64,000 nucleotides of DNA. Origin: Malacoraja senta. Its lineage: Eukaryota. Shown here in pieces: positions 12,197 to 26,120 of the stretch; position 1 is the stretch's first letter, and each line of letters opens with the position of its first letter. The notes below the pieces were generated by a model. It was not told where the DNA came from, did no database searches, and saw only the letters and a program-made list of their open reading frames with translations. The stretch lies in contig JAXLNO010000326.1 in NCBI GenBank assembly GCA_038087875.1, positions 1 to 64,000 of the forward strand, given 5' to 3'. The position numbers were made by a program, and so were the translations under genes.

Positions 12197-14107
12197 ATAG
12201 TAAGATTAAACGAGAACTTACCAAGTTTGAAGTTTGATCTTTATTTTATGAGGAGTTACGTTGGTGATTACGTGAAGAAGACCCGTCAGGGCGCATGCGC
12301 GTCAATCTTCAAAGCAGCGGTATGAAATCACAGATAACACAATATTTGATGTAACATATTAAGATGAGCAACATGAGAACTACCATATGACCTTTTTTAC
12401 GAGAGAGGGTTGGGCGTGGCGGGCACGGAATCACCAACGTAACTCCTCATAAAATAAAGATCAAACTTCAAACTTGGTAAGTTCTCGTTTAATCTTACTA
12501 TTTTACTTCGGAGTCACGTTTGTGACTACGTGAAGGGTTCAAAGCTCTTTGATTTTATGCCGCAGATCGAAATCCCAGCTTCTCACTGCATTGATTGACT
12601 TTCGATGAGAAAGAATCAATAATGCGTTAAACATGAAATGTGAATATCATGCAGTAACAATTGATTTGAATAATCAAAACAACCAGTAACCCCTCTATCC
12701 CAGGGGAAACTAAACAGGACTTAATCCTGAATTTGCAAACAGCCTTTCTCTGATCGGCGATCGGCAGATGGTCAAATAAAAATAATTTTAAAAATTAATT
12801 TGACCACCCGGCACCTATAAAAATATGGTCGCTGTGAACATCCATCGCCCTAGCCGACGACGTTGCTGCTGCACTAGCGGAAAAAACGAAATATACACTT
12901 CAGTGTTAATACCTGCCTTAATCAACATTTGCTTTAAACCACCTTGAGATAGTCTGCACTAACACTCTCCTGTGTGGCTTCATGTAACTGATAATCAATG
13001 CTGTTTCCACATTTCTTAAGCTTTATAGCTTCAATATAATGAAAATAAATGTGCCATTACACATAAACATGGATCAGTAGGTTATGCTGAAACACAATTT
13101 TCACAAACCTGTGACACCTGGCCTGCTCTGCTTAAGCAGTACGCAAATATATAACATAACATTCTCTTCAGGAACTTCCATCCTGTCTAGCAGAAGTTTT
13201 TGCAAAATCTGCACTTGCTATGCTGAACCAATGCCAAGAGCATAAACACTTTCATGATTAGTCTGGCAAATTCAGAGACATGACAGGAACCTACTGTCAA
13301 AGAATCTTGAGGAACACACTTACATCCCAGATCGCCATATACCTGGGTTTAGGAAGTTTAGAGTTGAAATTCCTTTCATCAATCCAGCTATATGATATGA
13401 TGAAACTCAATAGGATCTTTCCTGACCCCATCAAAACCATACGACGACAAAGCACTTAAAGCTGTATTAATGGTGCTATAACTGAGCCCCTCATCATCGT
13501 AGAGTGTCAACAGGAACTCTAAAATATCCACAATACCTGCAGTACTATAGTCAATATTATTTTGTACACAATATTGTTCCCATTTTTTTACATAAGTAAT
13601 ATACCCCTTTTGAGTACTCTTTCTCCAGGCTACAGTGAGCATGTCCACCGTTCACCCAGACAGTCCTTGCTTCAGGTATGGCCTTATTAAAACCTGCAAA
13701 CTAACAAGTCAATACAATCACATAACAGATGACTTTCCCTTCTTAGCGGATGCTCCAGTCAATTCCTACGCTTGGGAACCACCAAACAGAGGTTGGATCC
13801 CTAACTGTAACATCAAAGGGAACCATGCTTGATTCGGCCAATTAGGTATTACAAGCACCCCCAAAGCAGCATCGTGCTTGATTTCTTGCAGACTCCGACC
13901 TATTAGGCAAAATGGTAGGAAAATATATAAAACATACCACCCCAATGTAACGTCAAAGTATCAATTGCAACTGCCACCTGGTCTGGTTTCCATGAAACCT
14001 ATTTAGGCTGCTGATGGTTGAACCTCGATGCAAAACAAATCGATATCTGGCATTCATATACAAGTGCTATATTATTGAACACCTCCTAGTTCAACTCCGT
14101 AACTTAG

Positions 14108-14575
14108 TTGCCTGGGTTTCAGCAACTAAGTTACAGAGAAAGGTTGAACAAGTTAGGGCTTTATTCTTTGGAGCGCAGAAGGTTAAGGGGGGACTTGATA
14201 GATGTCTTTAAAATGATGAGAGGGATAGACAGAGTTGACGTGGATAAGCTTTTCCCACTGAGAGTACGGAAGATTCAAACAAGGGGACATGACTTGAGAA
14301 TTAAGGGACAGAAGTTTAGGGATAACATGAGGGGGAACTTCTTTACTCAGAGAGTGGTGGCTGTGTGGAATGAGCTTCAAGTGAAGGTGGTGGAGGCAGG
14401 TTCGTTTTTATCATTTAAAAATAAATTGGATAGTTATATGGACGGGAAAGGAATGGAGGGTTATGGTCTGAGCGCAGGTATATGGGACTAGGGGAGAATA
14501 CGTGTTCGGCACGGACTAGAAGGGTCGAGATGGCCTGTTTCCGTGCTGTAATTGTTATATGGTTATATGGTTATA
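14108..14575 (+). mobile_element. CR1 3' fragment inside DIRS-1
   Basis: ORF 14108..14491 (LGLYSLERRRLRGDLI); (TATATGGT)n tail. Confidence 0.95.
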
Positions 14576-15316
14576 TGTTGTCATGGAACTTTCGCGACTT
14601 GGCGTCTGCTACTATGTAGAATCTACCTGGTAGATAAATTGCTGAAATATATTTTTCCATGCACCAGCCCAAATGTGATTAGCCAATCTGTCACATTAAT
14701 ATATATGCCACTTGCGTATTATTGTCAATCTGAAACTGAACATGCAGATAACATTTGTTAGAGCTATAAGCCTCTTTATAGTTAATTGCCCATGTCTGCA
14801 CAAACGATGCCTCTTGCTCAGTCCATCTGCCTCCACAGCTGAAACTCGTATCCGTGACACCTCACCCGAGTGCACTGACATTCATCTGCAACATCATGGA
14901 AGGCTGGTCAAGCATTACCTTGCTATAACTTCTGGACACATGGTGAATCCCATTGCAAATCAGAAATAGCCTTTACTGATAACTGCATAGGTCTATGAAA
15001 ATGAACCGAATGTATCCTTAATGCCTCAATTAGCTTGATACACCTGTCAATTAGCTCTACCCTTTTTTTTCTGGGCAGAGTCACTTAATTGAATCAATTG
15101 TGACCCAAATAGTCAGGTGTTAATTTGGATTTCTCTGGATGTCTAATGCCCAATCTTTGAAAATTGGATTTAACAACTATCACCTGTTACTTCAGCTGTT
15201 CTCTTGGACACCCCTGTAATCAAGATTTCATCGAGATAAGCCATGAACACCTGTACCCTGGCCTTTCAGCATGCCTATTATAGGTTTTAACAATTTTGTT
15301 GCCATAGTTGATCCAT

Positions 15317-18237
15317 CCACTTTTCAACATAATTGTATGGGTAAGAGTGTTGTAAAAACAAGCCTGAAGGCTTTGTGTCTCAATGCAAGGAGCATTCGTA
15401 ATAAGGTGGATGAGTTGAATGTGCAGATAGCTATTAATGACTATAATATAGTTGGGATCACAGAGACATGGCTCCAGGGTGACCAAGGCTGGGAGCTGAA
15501 CATCCACGGTTATTCAATATTCAGGAGGGATAGAGAGAAAGGAAAAGAAGGTGGGGTAGCGTTGCTGATTAGTGAGGAGATTAACGCAATGGAAAGGAAG
15601 GACATTAGTTCCGAGGATGTGGAATCGGTATGGGTAGAGCTGCGAAACACTAAGGGGCAGAAAACGCTGGTGGGTGTTGTGTACAGGCCACCTAACAGTA
15701 GTAGTGAAGTTGGAGATGGTATCAAACAGGAAATTAGAAATGCGTGCGACAAAGGCAAAACAGTTATAATGGGTGACTTCAATCTACATATAGATTGGGT
15801 GAATCAAATTGGCAGGGGTGCTGAGGAAGACGATTTCTTGGAATGTATGCGGATAGTTCTCTAAATCAACATGAAGAGGAACCAACGAGAGAGCAGGCTT
15901 TTTTAGACTGGGTATTGGGTAATGAGGAAGGGTTAGTTAGCAGTCTTGTTGTACGTGCCCCCTTGGGCAAGAGTGACCCATAATATGGTTGAGTTCTTCA
16001 TTAGGATGGAGAGTGACTTTGTTAATTTAGAAACAATGTTTCTGAACTTAAAGAAAGGTAACTTTGAGGGTATGAGACGTGAATTGGCCAAGATTGACTG
16101 GCAATTAATTCTAAAAGGGTTGACGGTGGATATGCAATGGAAGACATTTATAGACTGCATGGATGAACTACAAAAATTGTTCATCCCAGTTTGGCAAAAG
16201 AATAAATCAGGGAAGGTAGTAAATCCGTGGATAACAAGGGAAATCAGGGATGGTATCAAAGCGAAGGATGATGCGTACAAATTAGCCAGAAAAAGCAGCA
16301 TACTGGGACTGGGAGAAATTCAGAGACCAGCAGAGGAGGACAAAGGGCTTAATTAGGAAAGGAAAAATAGATTATGAAAGAAAACTGGCAGGGAACATAA
16401 AAACTGACTGCAAAAGTGTTTATAGATATGTGAAAAGAAAGAGATTAGTTAAAACAAATGTAGGTCCCTTGCAGTCAGAAACAGGTGAGTTGATCATGGG
16501 GAACAAGGATATGGCGGACCAATTGAATAACTACTTTGGTTCCGTCTTCACTAAGGAAGACATAAATAATCTGCCGGAAATAGCAGGGGACCGCGGGTCA
16601 AGGGAGTTGGAGGAATTGAGTGAAATCCAGGTTAGTCGGGAAGTGGTGTTGTGTAATTTGAATGGATTAGAGGCCGATAAATCCCCAGGGCCAGATAGGC
16701 TGCATCCCAGAGTACTTAAGGAAGTAGCTCCAGAAATAGTGGATGCATTAGTAATAATCTTTCAAAACTCTTTAGATTCTGGAGTAGTTCCTGAGGATTG
16801 GCGGGTAGCAAACATAACCCCACTTTTTAAGAAGGGAGGGAGAGAGAAAACGGGGAATTACAGACCAGTTAGTCTAACATCGGTAGTGGGGAAACTGCTA
16901 GAGTCAGTTATTAAAGATGGGATAGCAGCACATTTGGAAAGTGGTGAAATCATTGGACAAAGTCAGCATGGATTTACGAAAGGTAAATCATGTCTGACGA
17001 ATCTCATAGAATGTTTCGAGGATGTAACTAGTAGCGTGGATAGGGGAGAACCAGTGGATGTGGTGTATCTGGACTCCCAGAAGGCTTTCGACAAGGTCCC
17101 ACATAAGAGATTAGTATACAAACTTAAAACAACATGGCATTGGGGGTTCAGTATTGATGTGGATAGAGAACTGGCTGGCAAACTGGAAGCAAAGAGTAGG
17201 AGTAAACGGGTCCTTTTCACAATGGCAGGCAGTGACTAGTGGGGTGCCGCAAGGCTCAGTGCTGGGACCCCAGCTATTTACAATATATATTAATGATCTG
17301 GATGAGGGAATTGAAGGCAATATCTCCAAGTTTGCGGTTGACACTAAGCTGAGGGGCAGTGTTAGCTGTGAGGAGGATGCTAGGAGACTGCAAGGTGACT
17401 TGGATAGGCTGGGTGAGTGGGCAAATGTTTGACAGATGCAGTATAATGTGGTTAAATGTGAGGTTATCCATTTTGGTGGCAAAAACAGGAAAGCAGACTA
17501 TTATCTATATGGTGGCCGACTTGGAAAAGGAGCGATGAAGCGAGTCATTGAAAGTAGGGATGCAGGTGCAGCAGGCAGTGATGAAAGCGAATGGTATGTT
17601 AGCTTTCATAGCAAAAGGATTTGAGTATAGGAGCAGGGAGGTTCTACTGCAGTTGTACAGGGTCTTGGTGAGACCACACCTGGAGTATTGCGTACAGTTT
17701 TGGTCTCCAAATCTGAGGAAGGACTTTATTGCCATAGAGGGAGTGCAGAGAAGGTTCACCAGACTGATTCCTGGGATTTCAGGACTGTCTTATGAAGAAA
17801 GACTGGATAGACTTGGTTTATACTCTCTAGAATTTAGGAGATTGAGAGGGGATCTTATAGAAAGGTACACAATTCTTAAGGGGTTGGACATGCTAGATGC
17901 AGGAAGATTGCTCCCGATGTTGGGGAAGTCCAGGACAAGGGGTCACAGCTTAAGGATAAGGGGGAAATCCTTTAAAACCGAGATGAGAAGAACTTTTTTC
18001 ACACAGAGACTGGCGAATCTCTGGAACTCTCTGCCACAGAGGGTAGTCGAGGCCAGTTCATTGGCTATATTTAAGAGGGAGTTAGATGTGGCCCTTGTGG
18101 CTAAAGTGATCAGAGGGTATGGAGAGAAGGCAGGTACGGGATACTGAGTTGGATGATCAGCCATGATCATATTGAATGGCGGTGCAGGCTCGAAGGGCCG
18201 AATGGCCTACTCCTGCACCTAATTTCTATGTTTCTAT
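15317..18237 (+). mobile_element. CR1 ORF2 (APE and RT), frameshifted, inside the DIRS-1 RT
   Basis: ORFs from 15271 to 18147; ATCCA at both junctions; (TTTCTATG)n tail. Confidence 0.97.
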
Positions 18238-20593
18238 CCAGATGAATTTCAAATATCCTGCAAATAAACAGACATTGAGTAATGCGCATCTTTAAGCTCT
18301 AGAGTCGCCATATAGCATCCTCTTGCCCAGTTGCTTGGCAGTGACAATTCCATCTTACAATGTCTATACTACATTCCCCATCCTTTTTTGGCCTGGGAAA
18401 ATATTAGACACAAATTGATGGGTTGGTGAACAAACTTATAATTACACCTTTATTACATAAGCTTGCAAGCGCAGTCTGAACATCCATCTGTTCTGTTAAT
18501 GAAAACTGAATAGTTCTACCAAGAACATGCTGAATGTGCAAATCACAATTTGGATTGAAATCCATTCGAAACCTTTGAATAACACTCTGTATAAACAGAG
18601 CTAAGTAATTTGCTTCCATTCATCCCAGAAACAGATGTAATGTACCCCAGTTTAAGTTGTGTCACATTTGATATGTGCACCTGAGAACCAGGCCCACCTA
18701 CCTCCTTGGTACCTGGTGGATGTTTGACCATGTTCCCACTTCATTTGTAGGGGTACTTTATTTTGGAAACTTGCAGACTGCCGGTGGCTTGATCAAGCCC
18801 ACCGTCTTTGCCTCGCCGTCCATGTCCTTGACACTCTTGGCGAGGTCCTCTCCGAAGAGTAGGTTTGCCAGCTGTATGTTGCTAGGCTGGGAAAAATACT
18901 GCAATATTGGAATTAATGGTGGGCCGAATGGCACTTTCCCTGAGACAATTTATCTAAAAAATGGGTGCTACAAAGCAACCCTAGTACCTCTTGCTGCGTC
19001 TCCGACACATGCCCTCCATCCACCGTTCTCGCGAACGCCATGATTCCTGAGCCAAGTAATTTCTGGATTCTCTGCAGCTTCATCTCCTGGGCACTGCACG
19101 CCCACGCCCGTCTGGCTCCATATCACCCGGTTCACTGCTGGCACCTTCAGCAACTCGCAGTTACCCCGTCTCTTGGTGATTCCAGACTCTGACTGGACAG
19201 CGAATCGTACTGCCAGAGATGGGAACTCTGACAACGGCCGTCTTCGCTTTCCCAGTGGCATTCCATACTCTGCCGGGACAGCGAATTGTGCTGCCAGAGA
19301 ATGGACCTCTGACAACGGCCGTTCTTCGCTATTCAACAAAGTCTCCATCAGAATCGGGTCGGAACTGAGCTGACCCTATCGTGGAGGCCAGCTCTTCTTC
19401 CAGTGGCACTCCATACTCTGACTGGACAGCGAATCGTGCTGCCAGAGAATGGACCTCTGACAACGGCCGTTCTTCGCTATTTCCAAGTCTCAGTCAGAGT
19501 CGGGGTCAGACCTTAGCTGACCCTCTGCACTCACCTCATGCATGAGGGTGCTGCCGGCGTGGCCTTTCTGCAGCCTACCGCCCACACAACTCCTCCCCGG
19601 AGTGTGCGTTTCTGGAGCAACCTCTGGATGAGGTGCTCCATTTGGGAGAACCGTTTTAAAAATGTCTCCAGCCCCGTACAGGCTCGTTGTGGCCTGACTC
19701 AGTTGAGTCCAATGGCCTCCCAGACTTCCCCGTGCCTTACGCCCGACAGGCGTTGGCTTTGGTGCTTTTTAGCACTCAGTCTGGTCGCCCCGCTCCCGGT
19801 CGGCGACTGTGCAGGGGTACGAGGCAGCCGCTGACAGACCGCATTCCCGCGGCTCTCCTATGCTTTACCTGCGGCTGCCCTCCCCCTGCTCGTCTTCACC
19901 ATGGTGCTGCCTGTGACAAAACACAGAGCACAGCACCACAGTCAAGGAACTTATTTTACTCCAGCTAAATTTCTGACAAGTTTCAGACTTAGCTGGAGCT
20001 TTAAAACTCTTTAAAAATACTCTAAAAGTACTTACATCGGGAGGAGCGCTGTCCTCCCGCTGTCTGTGCGCCAATGCGACAGACGTATTGACGCGCATGC
20101 GCCCTGACGGGTCTTCTTCACGTAGTCACCAATGTGACTCGGAAGTAAAACATAGATTGAAGGTGAGAGGAGAAAGATTCAATAGGAATCTGGGGGACAA
20201 CATTTTCACACAGTATGGAGTATGAATCTATGACTTTATGGTTTGGATTAATGAAGCCAAACCGGGAGATGATACATAGAACATAGAACAATGCAACATG
20301 GGAACTGGCCCTTCAATCCTCCATATCGGCACCAACAATATCATGCCAATTTGAACTAATCCCATCTACCAGAGGCCCAGGAGCGGTTGGAGCGGTCGGA
20401 GCAGCATCCGGGCGGTAAGTTTAAAATCGAGCAGGGGGCTTTGTTCCACAGAGGCCCAGGAGCGGTTGGTGCAGTGTTGCACACTCTGCAACGTTCCATC
20501 ACACTTCAAAATAAATGGTCTGGAGGAAGCCGCTGATTGGTGGAAGCGGAAGCAGCTGATTGGGAGCAACCCCAGGTTTGTATTTCTGCTTTC

Positions 20594-20895
20594 GAGTTAA
20601 GGGTTCAGTGAGCTAAGGGTTCAGTGAGTTAAGGGTTCAGTGAGCTAAGGGTACAGTGAGCTAAGGGTACAGTGAGTTAAGGGTACAGTGAGTTAAGGGT
20701 ACAGTGAGTTAAGGGTTCAGTGAGTTAAGGGTTCAGTGAGTTAAGGGTTCAATGCGTTAAGGGTTCAGTGAGCTAAGGGTACAGTGAGTTAAGGATTCAG
20801 TGAGTTAAGGGTTCAGTGCGTTAAGGGTTCAGTGAGTTAAGGGTTCAGTGAGTTAAGGGTACAGTGAGTTAAGGGTACAGTGAGAAGGGTACAGT
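20594..20895 (+). repeat. 16-bp tandem array (GAGTTAAGGGTTCAGT, ~19 copies) in the CR1 5'UTR
   Basis: Head-to-tail units with T/C and T/A variants and no spacers. Confidence 0.95.
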
Positions 20896-20989
20896 GCTTT
20901 TTAGTAAAGGTACAGTTTAAAGGATTAAGATTTTTATAGTGGGAGATGATTTAATTTAGGGGTAAGCCGTGTCAGTTGAGATCGGCCCC

Positions 20990-21911
20990 ATGGTTTGCTC
21001 ATCCTGCAACATGTGGGAGCAGGGATATGGACAATGTCCCTGGTGACATGTGCAGGAAGTGTGTCCAGCTGCAGCTCCTGGCAGACCGCATTGAATGATT
21101 GGAGCTGCGGTTGGATTCATACTGGAGCATCCGCGATGCTGAGAAAGTCGTGAATAGCACGTACAGTGAGTTGGCCACACTGCAGGTAAAAGTTAAGCAG
21201 ACAGAAGGGGAACGGGTGGCCACTAGCCAGCGTAGCAGTAGGCAGGTAGTGCAGGAGTACCCTGCGGTCATCTCCACCCTAAACAGATATACCATTTTGG
21301 ATACTGTTGGGGGAGATGGCTCATCAGGGGAAGGCAGCAGCAGCCAAGTTCATGGCACCGTGGGTGGCTCTGCGGCACAGGAGGGGAGGAAAAGGAGTGA
21401 AAGGGCTATAGTAATAGGGGATTCAATTGTAAGGGGAATAGACAGGCGTTTCTGCTGCCGCAAACGTGACTCCAGGATGGTATGTTGCCTCTCTAGTGCA
21501 AGGGTCAGCGATGTCACTGAGCGGCTGCAGAACCTTCTGGAGGGGGAGGGTGAACAGCCAGTTGTCGTGGTGCACATTGGCACCAACAATATAGGTTTAA
21601 AACGGGCTGAGGTCCTACAAGGTGAATTTAGGGAGCTAGGAGATGAACTTAAAAGTAGGACCTCAAATGTAATAATCTCTGGATTATTACCAGTGCCACG
21701 TGCTAGTCAGAGTAGAAATAGGAGGATATTGCAGATAAATACGTGGCTTGAAAAATGGTGCAAGGGGGAGGGATTCAAATTTCTAGGGCACTGGAACCAG
21801 TTCTGGGGGAGGTGGCACCAGTACAAATAGGACGGTCTGCACCTGGTCTGGAAGGGAACCAATGTCCTTGGGGGAGTGTTTGCTAGTGCTGTTGGGGAGG
21901 ATTTAAACTAA
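20990..21911 (+). pseudogene. CR1 ORF1: zinc finger, coiled coil, SGNH/GDSL esterase
   Basis: CSSCNMWE...CRKC, IVIGDSIVRG, VVVHIGTNN and DGLHL motifs; premature stops. Confidence 0.9.
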
Positions 21912-24900
21912 TGTGGCAGGGGATGGGAGCATGAGCAGAGAGACACAGGGGTGTAAAATGCGGGTAGAAGCAATAGGTAGCAAGGTGAAAAGTAAAAGTG
22001 GGAGGTAGACAAATCCATGGCAAAAATCAAAAAGGGCCACTTTTCAACATAATTGTATAAGGGGTAAGAGTTTTGTAAAAACAAGCCTGGAGGCTTTGTG
22101 TCTCAATGCAAGGAGCATTCGTAATAAGGTGGATGAGTTGAAGGTGCAGATAGTTATTAATGAATATGATATAGTTGGGATCACGGAGACATGTCTCCAG
22201 GGTGACCAAGGCTGGGAGCTGAGCATCCAGGGACATTCAATATTCAGGAGGGATAGACAGAAAGGAAAAGGAGGTGGGGTAGCTTTGCTGGTTAGAGAGG
22301 AGATAAACGCAATAGAAAGGAAGGACATTAGCTTGGAGGATGTGGAATCAATATGGGTAGAGCTGCGAAACACTAAGGGGCAGAAAACGCTAGTGGGAGT
22401 TGTGTACAGGCCACCTAACAGTAGTAGTGGAGTTGGGGATGGCATTAAACAGGAAATTAGAAATGCGTGCAACAAAGTTAAAACAGTTATAATGGGTGAC
22501 TTCAATCTAAATATAGATTGGGTGAAACAAATTGGCAGGGGTGCTGAGGAAGAAGATTTCTTGGAATGCATGCGGGATAGTTTTCTAAACCAACATGTAG
22601 AGGAACCAACGCGAGAGCAGGCTATTCTGAACTGGGCATTGACTAATGAGGAAGGGTTAGTTAGCAGTCTTGTAGTGCGTGGCCCCTTGGGAAAGAGTGA
22701 CCATAATATGGTTGAGTTCTTCATTAGGGTGGAGAGTGACATAGTTAATTCAGAAACAAGGGTTCTGAACTTAAAGAAAGGTAACTTTGAGGGTATGAGA
22801 CGTGAGTTGGCCAAGATAGACGGGCAATTGATTCTTAAAGGCATTTAAAGACTGCATGGATGAACTACAACAATTGTTCATCCTAGTTTGGTAAAATAAT
22901 AAATCAGGGAAGGTAGTGCGTCCGCGGATAACAAGGGAAATCAGGGATAGTATCAAAACAAAGGACGAAGCATACAAATTAGCCAGAAAAAGCAGCCTAC
23001 CAGAGGACTGGGAGAAATTCAGTCCGCCAGAGGAGGTCAAAGGGCTTAATTAGGAAAGGGAAAATAGATTATGGAAGAAAACTGGTTGGGAACATAAAAA
23101 CTGACTGCAAAAGTTTTTATAGATATGTAAAGAGAAAAAGATTAGTTAAAACAAATGTAGGTCCCTTGCAGTCAGAAACAGGTGACTTGATCATGGGGAG
23201 CAAGGACATGGCAGACCAATTGAATAACTACTTTGATTCTGTCTTCACTGAGGAAGACATAAATAATCTGCCGGAAATAGCAGTGGACCGGAGGTCAAAT
23301 GAGATGGAGGAACTGAGTGAAATCCAGGTTAGTCGGGAAGTGGTGTTAGGTAAATTGAATGGATTAAAGGCCGATAAATTCCCAGGGCCAGATAGGCTGC
23401 ATCCCAGAGTGCTTAAGGAAGTAGCCCCAGAAATAGTGGATGCATTAGTGATAATTTTTCAAAACTCTTTAGATTCTGGAGTAGTTCCTGAGGATTGGAG
23501 GGTAGTTAATGTAACCCCACTATTTAAAAAGGGAGGGAGAGAGAAAACGGGGAATTACAGACCAGTTAGTCTAACATCGGTAGTGGGGGAAATGCTAGTC
23601 AGATACTAAAGATGGGATAGCAGCACATTTGGAAAGTGGTGAAATCATTGGACAAAGTCAGCATGGATTTATGAAAGGTAAATGATGTCTGACGAATCTT
23701 ATAGACATTTTCGAGGATGTAACTAGTAGAGTGGATAAGGGAGAACCAGTGGATGTGTTATATCTGGACTTTCAGAAGGCTTTCGACAAGGTCCCACATA
23801 AGATATTAGTATACTAACTTAAAGCACACAGTATTGGGGGTTCGGTATTGATGTGGATAGAGAACTGGCTGGCAGACAGGAAGCAAAGAGTAGGAGTAAA
23901 CGGGTCCTTTTCAGAATGGCAGGCAGTGACTAGTGGGGTACTGCAAGGTTCAGTGCTGGGACCCCAGCTATTTACAATATATATTAATGATTTGGTCAAG
24001 GGAAAATGAATGCAACATCTCCAAGTTTGCGGATGACACGAAACTGTGGGGCTGTGAGGAGGATTCTAGGAGGCTGCAAGGTGACTTGGATAGGTTGGAT
24101 GAGTGGGCAAATGCATGGCAGATGCCGTATAATGTGGATAAATGTAAGGTTATCCACTTTGGTGGCAAGAACAGGAAAGTAGACTATTATCTGAATGTCG
24201 GCCGATTAGGAAAAGGGGAGATGCAACGAGACCTGGGTGTCATGGTGCACCAGTCATTGAAAGTAGGCATGCAGGTGCAGCAGGCAGTGAAGAAAGCGAA
24301 TGGTATGTTAGCATTCATAGCAAAAGGATTTGAGTATAGGAGCAGGGAGGTTCTACTGCAGTTGTACAGGGCCTTGGTGAGACCACACCTGGAGTATTGT
24401 GTACAGTTTTGGTCTCCTAATCTGACATTCTTGCCATAGAGGGAGTGCAGAGAAGGTTCACCAGACTGTTTCCTGGGATGGCAGGACTTTCATATGAAGA
24501 AGGACTGGATAGACTCGGCTTGTACTCGCTAGAATTTAGAAGATTGAGGGGAGATCTTATAGAAACTTACAAAATTCTTAAGGGGTTGGACAGGCTAGAT
24601 GCAGGAAGATTGTTCCCGATGTTGGGGAAATCCAGAACAAGGGGTCACAGTTTGAGGATAAGAGGGAAGTCTTTTAGGACCGAGATGAGAAAAACATTTT
24701 TCACACAGAGAGTAGTGAATGTGTGGAATTCTCTGCCATAGAAGGTAGTTGAGGCTATATTTAAGAGGGAGTTAGATGTGGCCCTTGTGGATAAAGGGAT
24801 CAGGGGGTATGGAGAGAAGGCAGGTACAGGATACTGAGTTGGATGATCAGCCATGATCATATTGAATGCTCGAAGGGCCGAATGGCCTACTCCTGCACCT

Positions 24901-25210
24901 ATTTTCTATGTTTCTATGTTTCTCATGGACTGGATCCCTCTGTTCCCTGACTGTGTCAGTCATGTGTCAGTCTATACAGGATTTCCACCACCTCCTCAGG
25001 CACCGACCAAAGTCTGCGTAAAAAACTTGTCCAGCCTGTCCCCTTTAAACATTCCTCTCTCCAGTAAGAGACATCCCCACCCTGGGAACAATGCCAATAT
25101 CAATGCCCTTTATATTATATACTTCTGTTAGGCTGCCACTCAGCCTTCATTACTCAGTGAAAGCAATGCGAGCTTTGTCTGCCTTAACTCAGGCGATATT
25201 TCCAACTGAT

Positions 25211-25520
25211 TTTAATTTAATTTAGAGATACAGCGCGGAAACAGGACCTTTCGGCCCACCAAGACCGCGCCGACCAGCGATCTCCATACATTAACACTAT
25301 CCTTTATTGACTAGGGACAAGTTTTACATTTACCAAGCCAATTAACCTACATACCTGTACGTCTTATGAGTGTGAGAGGAAAGCGGAGATCTCGGAGAAA
25401 ACCTGCGCAGGTCACGGGGAGAACGTACAAACTCCGTACAGGCACCACCCGTAGTCGGGATCGAACCCGGGTCTCCGGCGCTGCATGGCAGCAACTCTAC
25501 CGCTGCGCCACCGTGCCGCC
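25211..25520 (-). mobile_element. tRNA-derived V-SINE (HE1-like) with CR1-type tail
   Basis: Minus strand begins GGCGGCACGGTGGCGCAGCGGTAG (box A), then GGTTCGATCC (box B), a V-domain-like GGAGTTTGTACGTTCTCCCCGTG, and tail CCTGTTTCCGCGCTGTATCTCTAAA. Confidence 0.9.
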
Positions 25521-25837
25521 CAAAGTCCATTTCAGTGGGTCTTTTGAGAGCTTTCCTCATTATCCTCAACTCTGCAAATAGTTCTATTGTTTTTGAACTT
25601 ACTAACTTGTCCACCTACGTATTTGTCCAAATCGTGGACAAGTTTTGAATTTTCTGAGGTTCCAGAACTAATACTTGCAGAATACTATTGGTCACGAACC
25701 AAGTTAGTATAACACTCCTCCACCACTACTCCTCTCTCCTGTTTTCCCTCTCCCTAACCCCTTTGTTTTTTTAAATCTTCCCTGTCCCTACAGTCTTCAC
25801 CATTCTGCAGCATCCACTCCCCTCCCATTTCACTCAC

Positions 25838-26120
25838 CTGCTCCTTGGATGAGACTCGATGATTCCTTGTTAGATGGATCTCGGTCCTGATGGATTTCAC
25901 CACTTGGGTCAGTACCAGGGCCGTGAACCACGTCTCCTATTCCTCTCCCTATGGACTGACATTGTTCCCCTTCCTCTTCAGCGGTTTCACATTCCATTGA
26001 CGTTCTGCTCTCAATCCCACTTTGTTTTTCTGTCATTGTTCCTTTGTTCTGACCATCTTCCTTTGATGAGGTACCTGGCCAAAGTCTTTTGAGGACCTTG
26101 CCCACGAGTTAATTTCCCTC
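25838..26120 (-). pseudogene. Probable NLR exon with acidic/low-complexity N-terminal extension ((V)GKVLKRLWPGTSSKEDG...SSSLIQGA)
   Basis: Acceptor ttttttttcag and donor GCAG|gtgagt in phase 1, compatible with the exon at 8428. The 89-codon frame starts at GTG 26105 with an in-frame TAA just upstream. Confidence 0.6.

Larger units (their letters stand above)
12197..20150 (-). mobile_element. DIRS tyrosine-recombinase retrotransposon (DIRS-1), decayed, with two CR1 insertions
   Basis: 3' terminal hairpin/ICR at 12200-12535. ITR 12271-12306 is inverse to 20087-20122. Remnants of YR (12750-13700), methyltransferase/RNase H/RT and gag (18700-19902). Confidence 0.93.
20368..24922 (+). mobile_element. 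Apparently full-length CR1 LINE (5'UTR, ORF1, ORF2), inactivated
   Basis: GC-rich 5'UTR, ORF1 with zinc finger and SGNH esterase, ORF2 at ~22030-24830 with stops and frameshifts, CR1 tail. Confidence 0.95.

Noticed and set aside
20594..20895. CRISPR-like or telomeric array
   Set aside because: No unique spacers and no cas genes; the unit is 16 bp with TTAAGGG, not (TTAGGG)n.
22044..22844. 266-aa antisense ORF and similar antisense ORFs in other CR1 copies
   Set aside because: Shadow frames of CR1 ORF2, recurring only because the copies are homologous.
25440..25520. tRNA gene
   Set aside because: The A/B boxes run straight into a V-SINE body and LINE tail; no complete cloverleaf.
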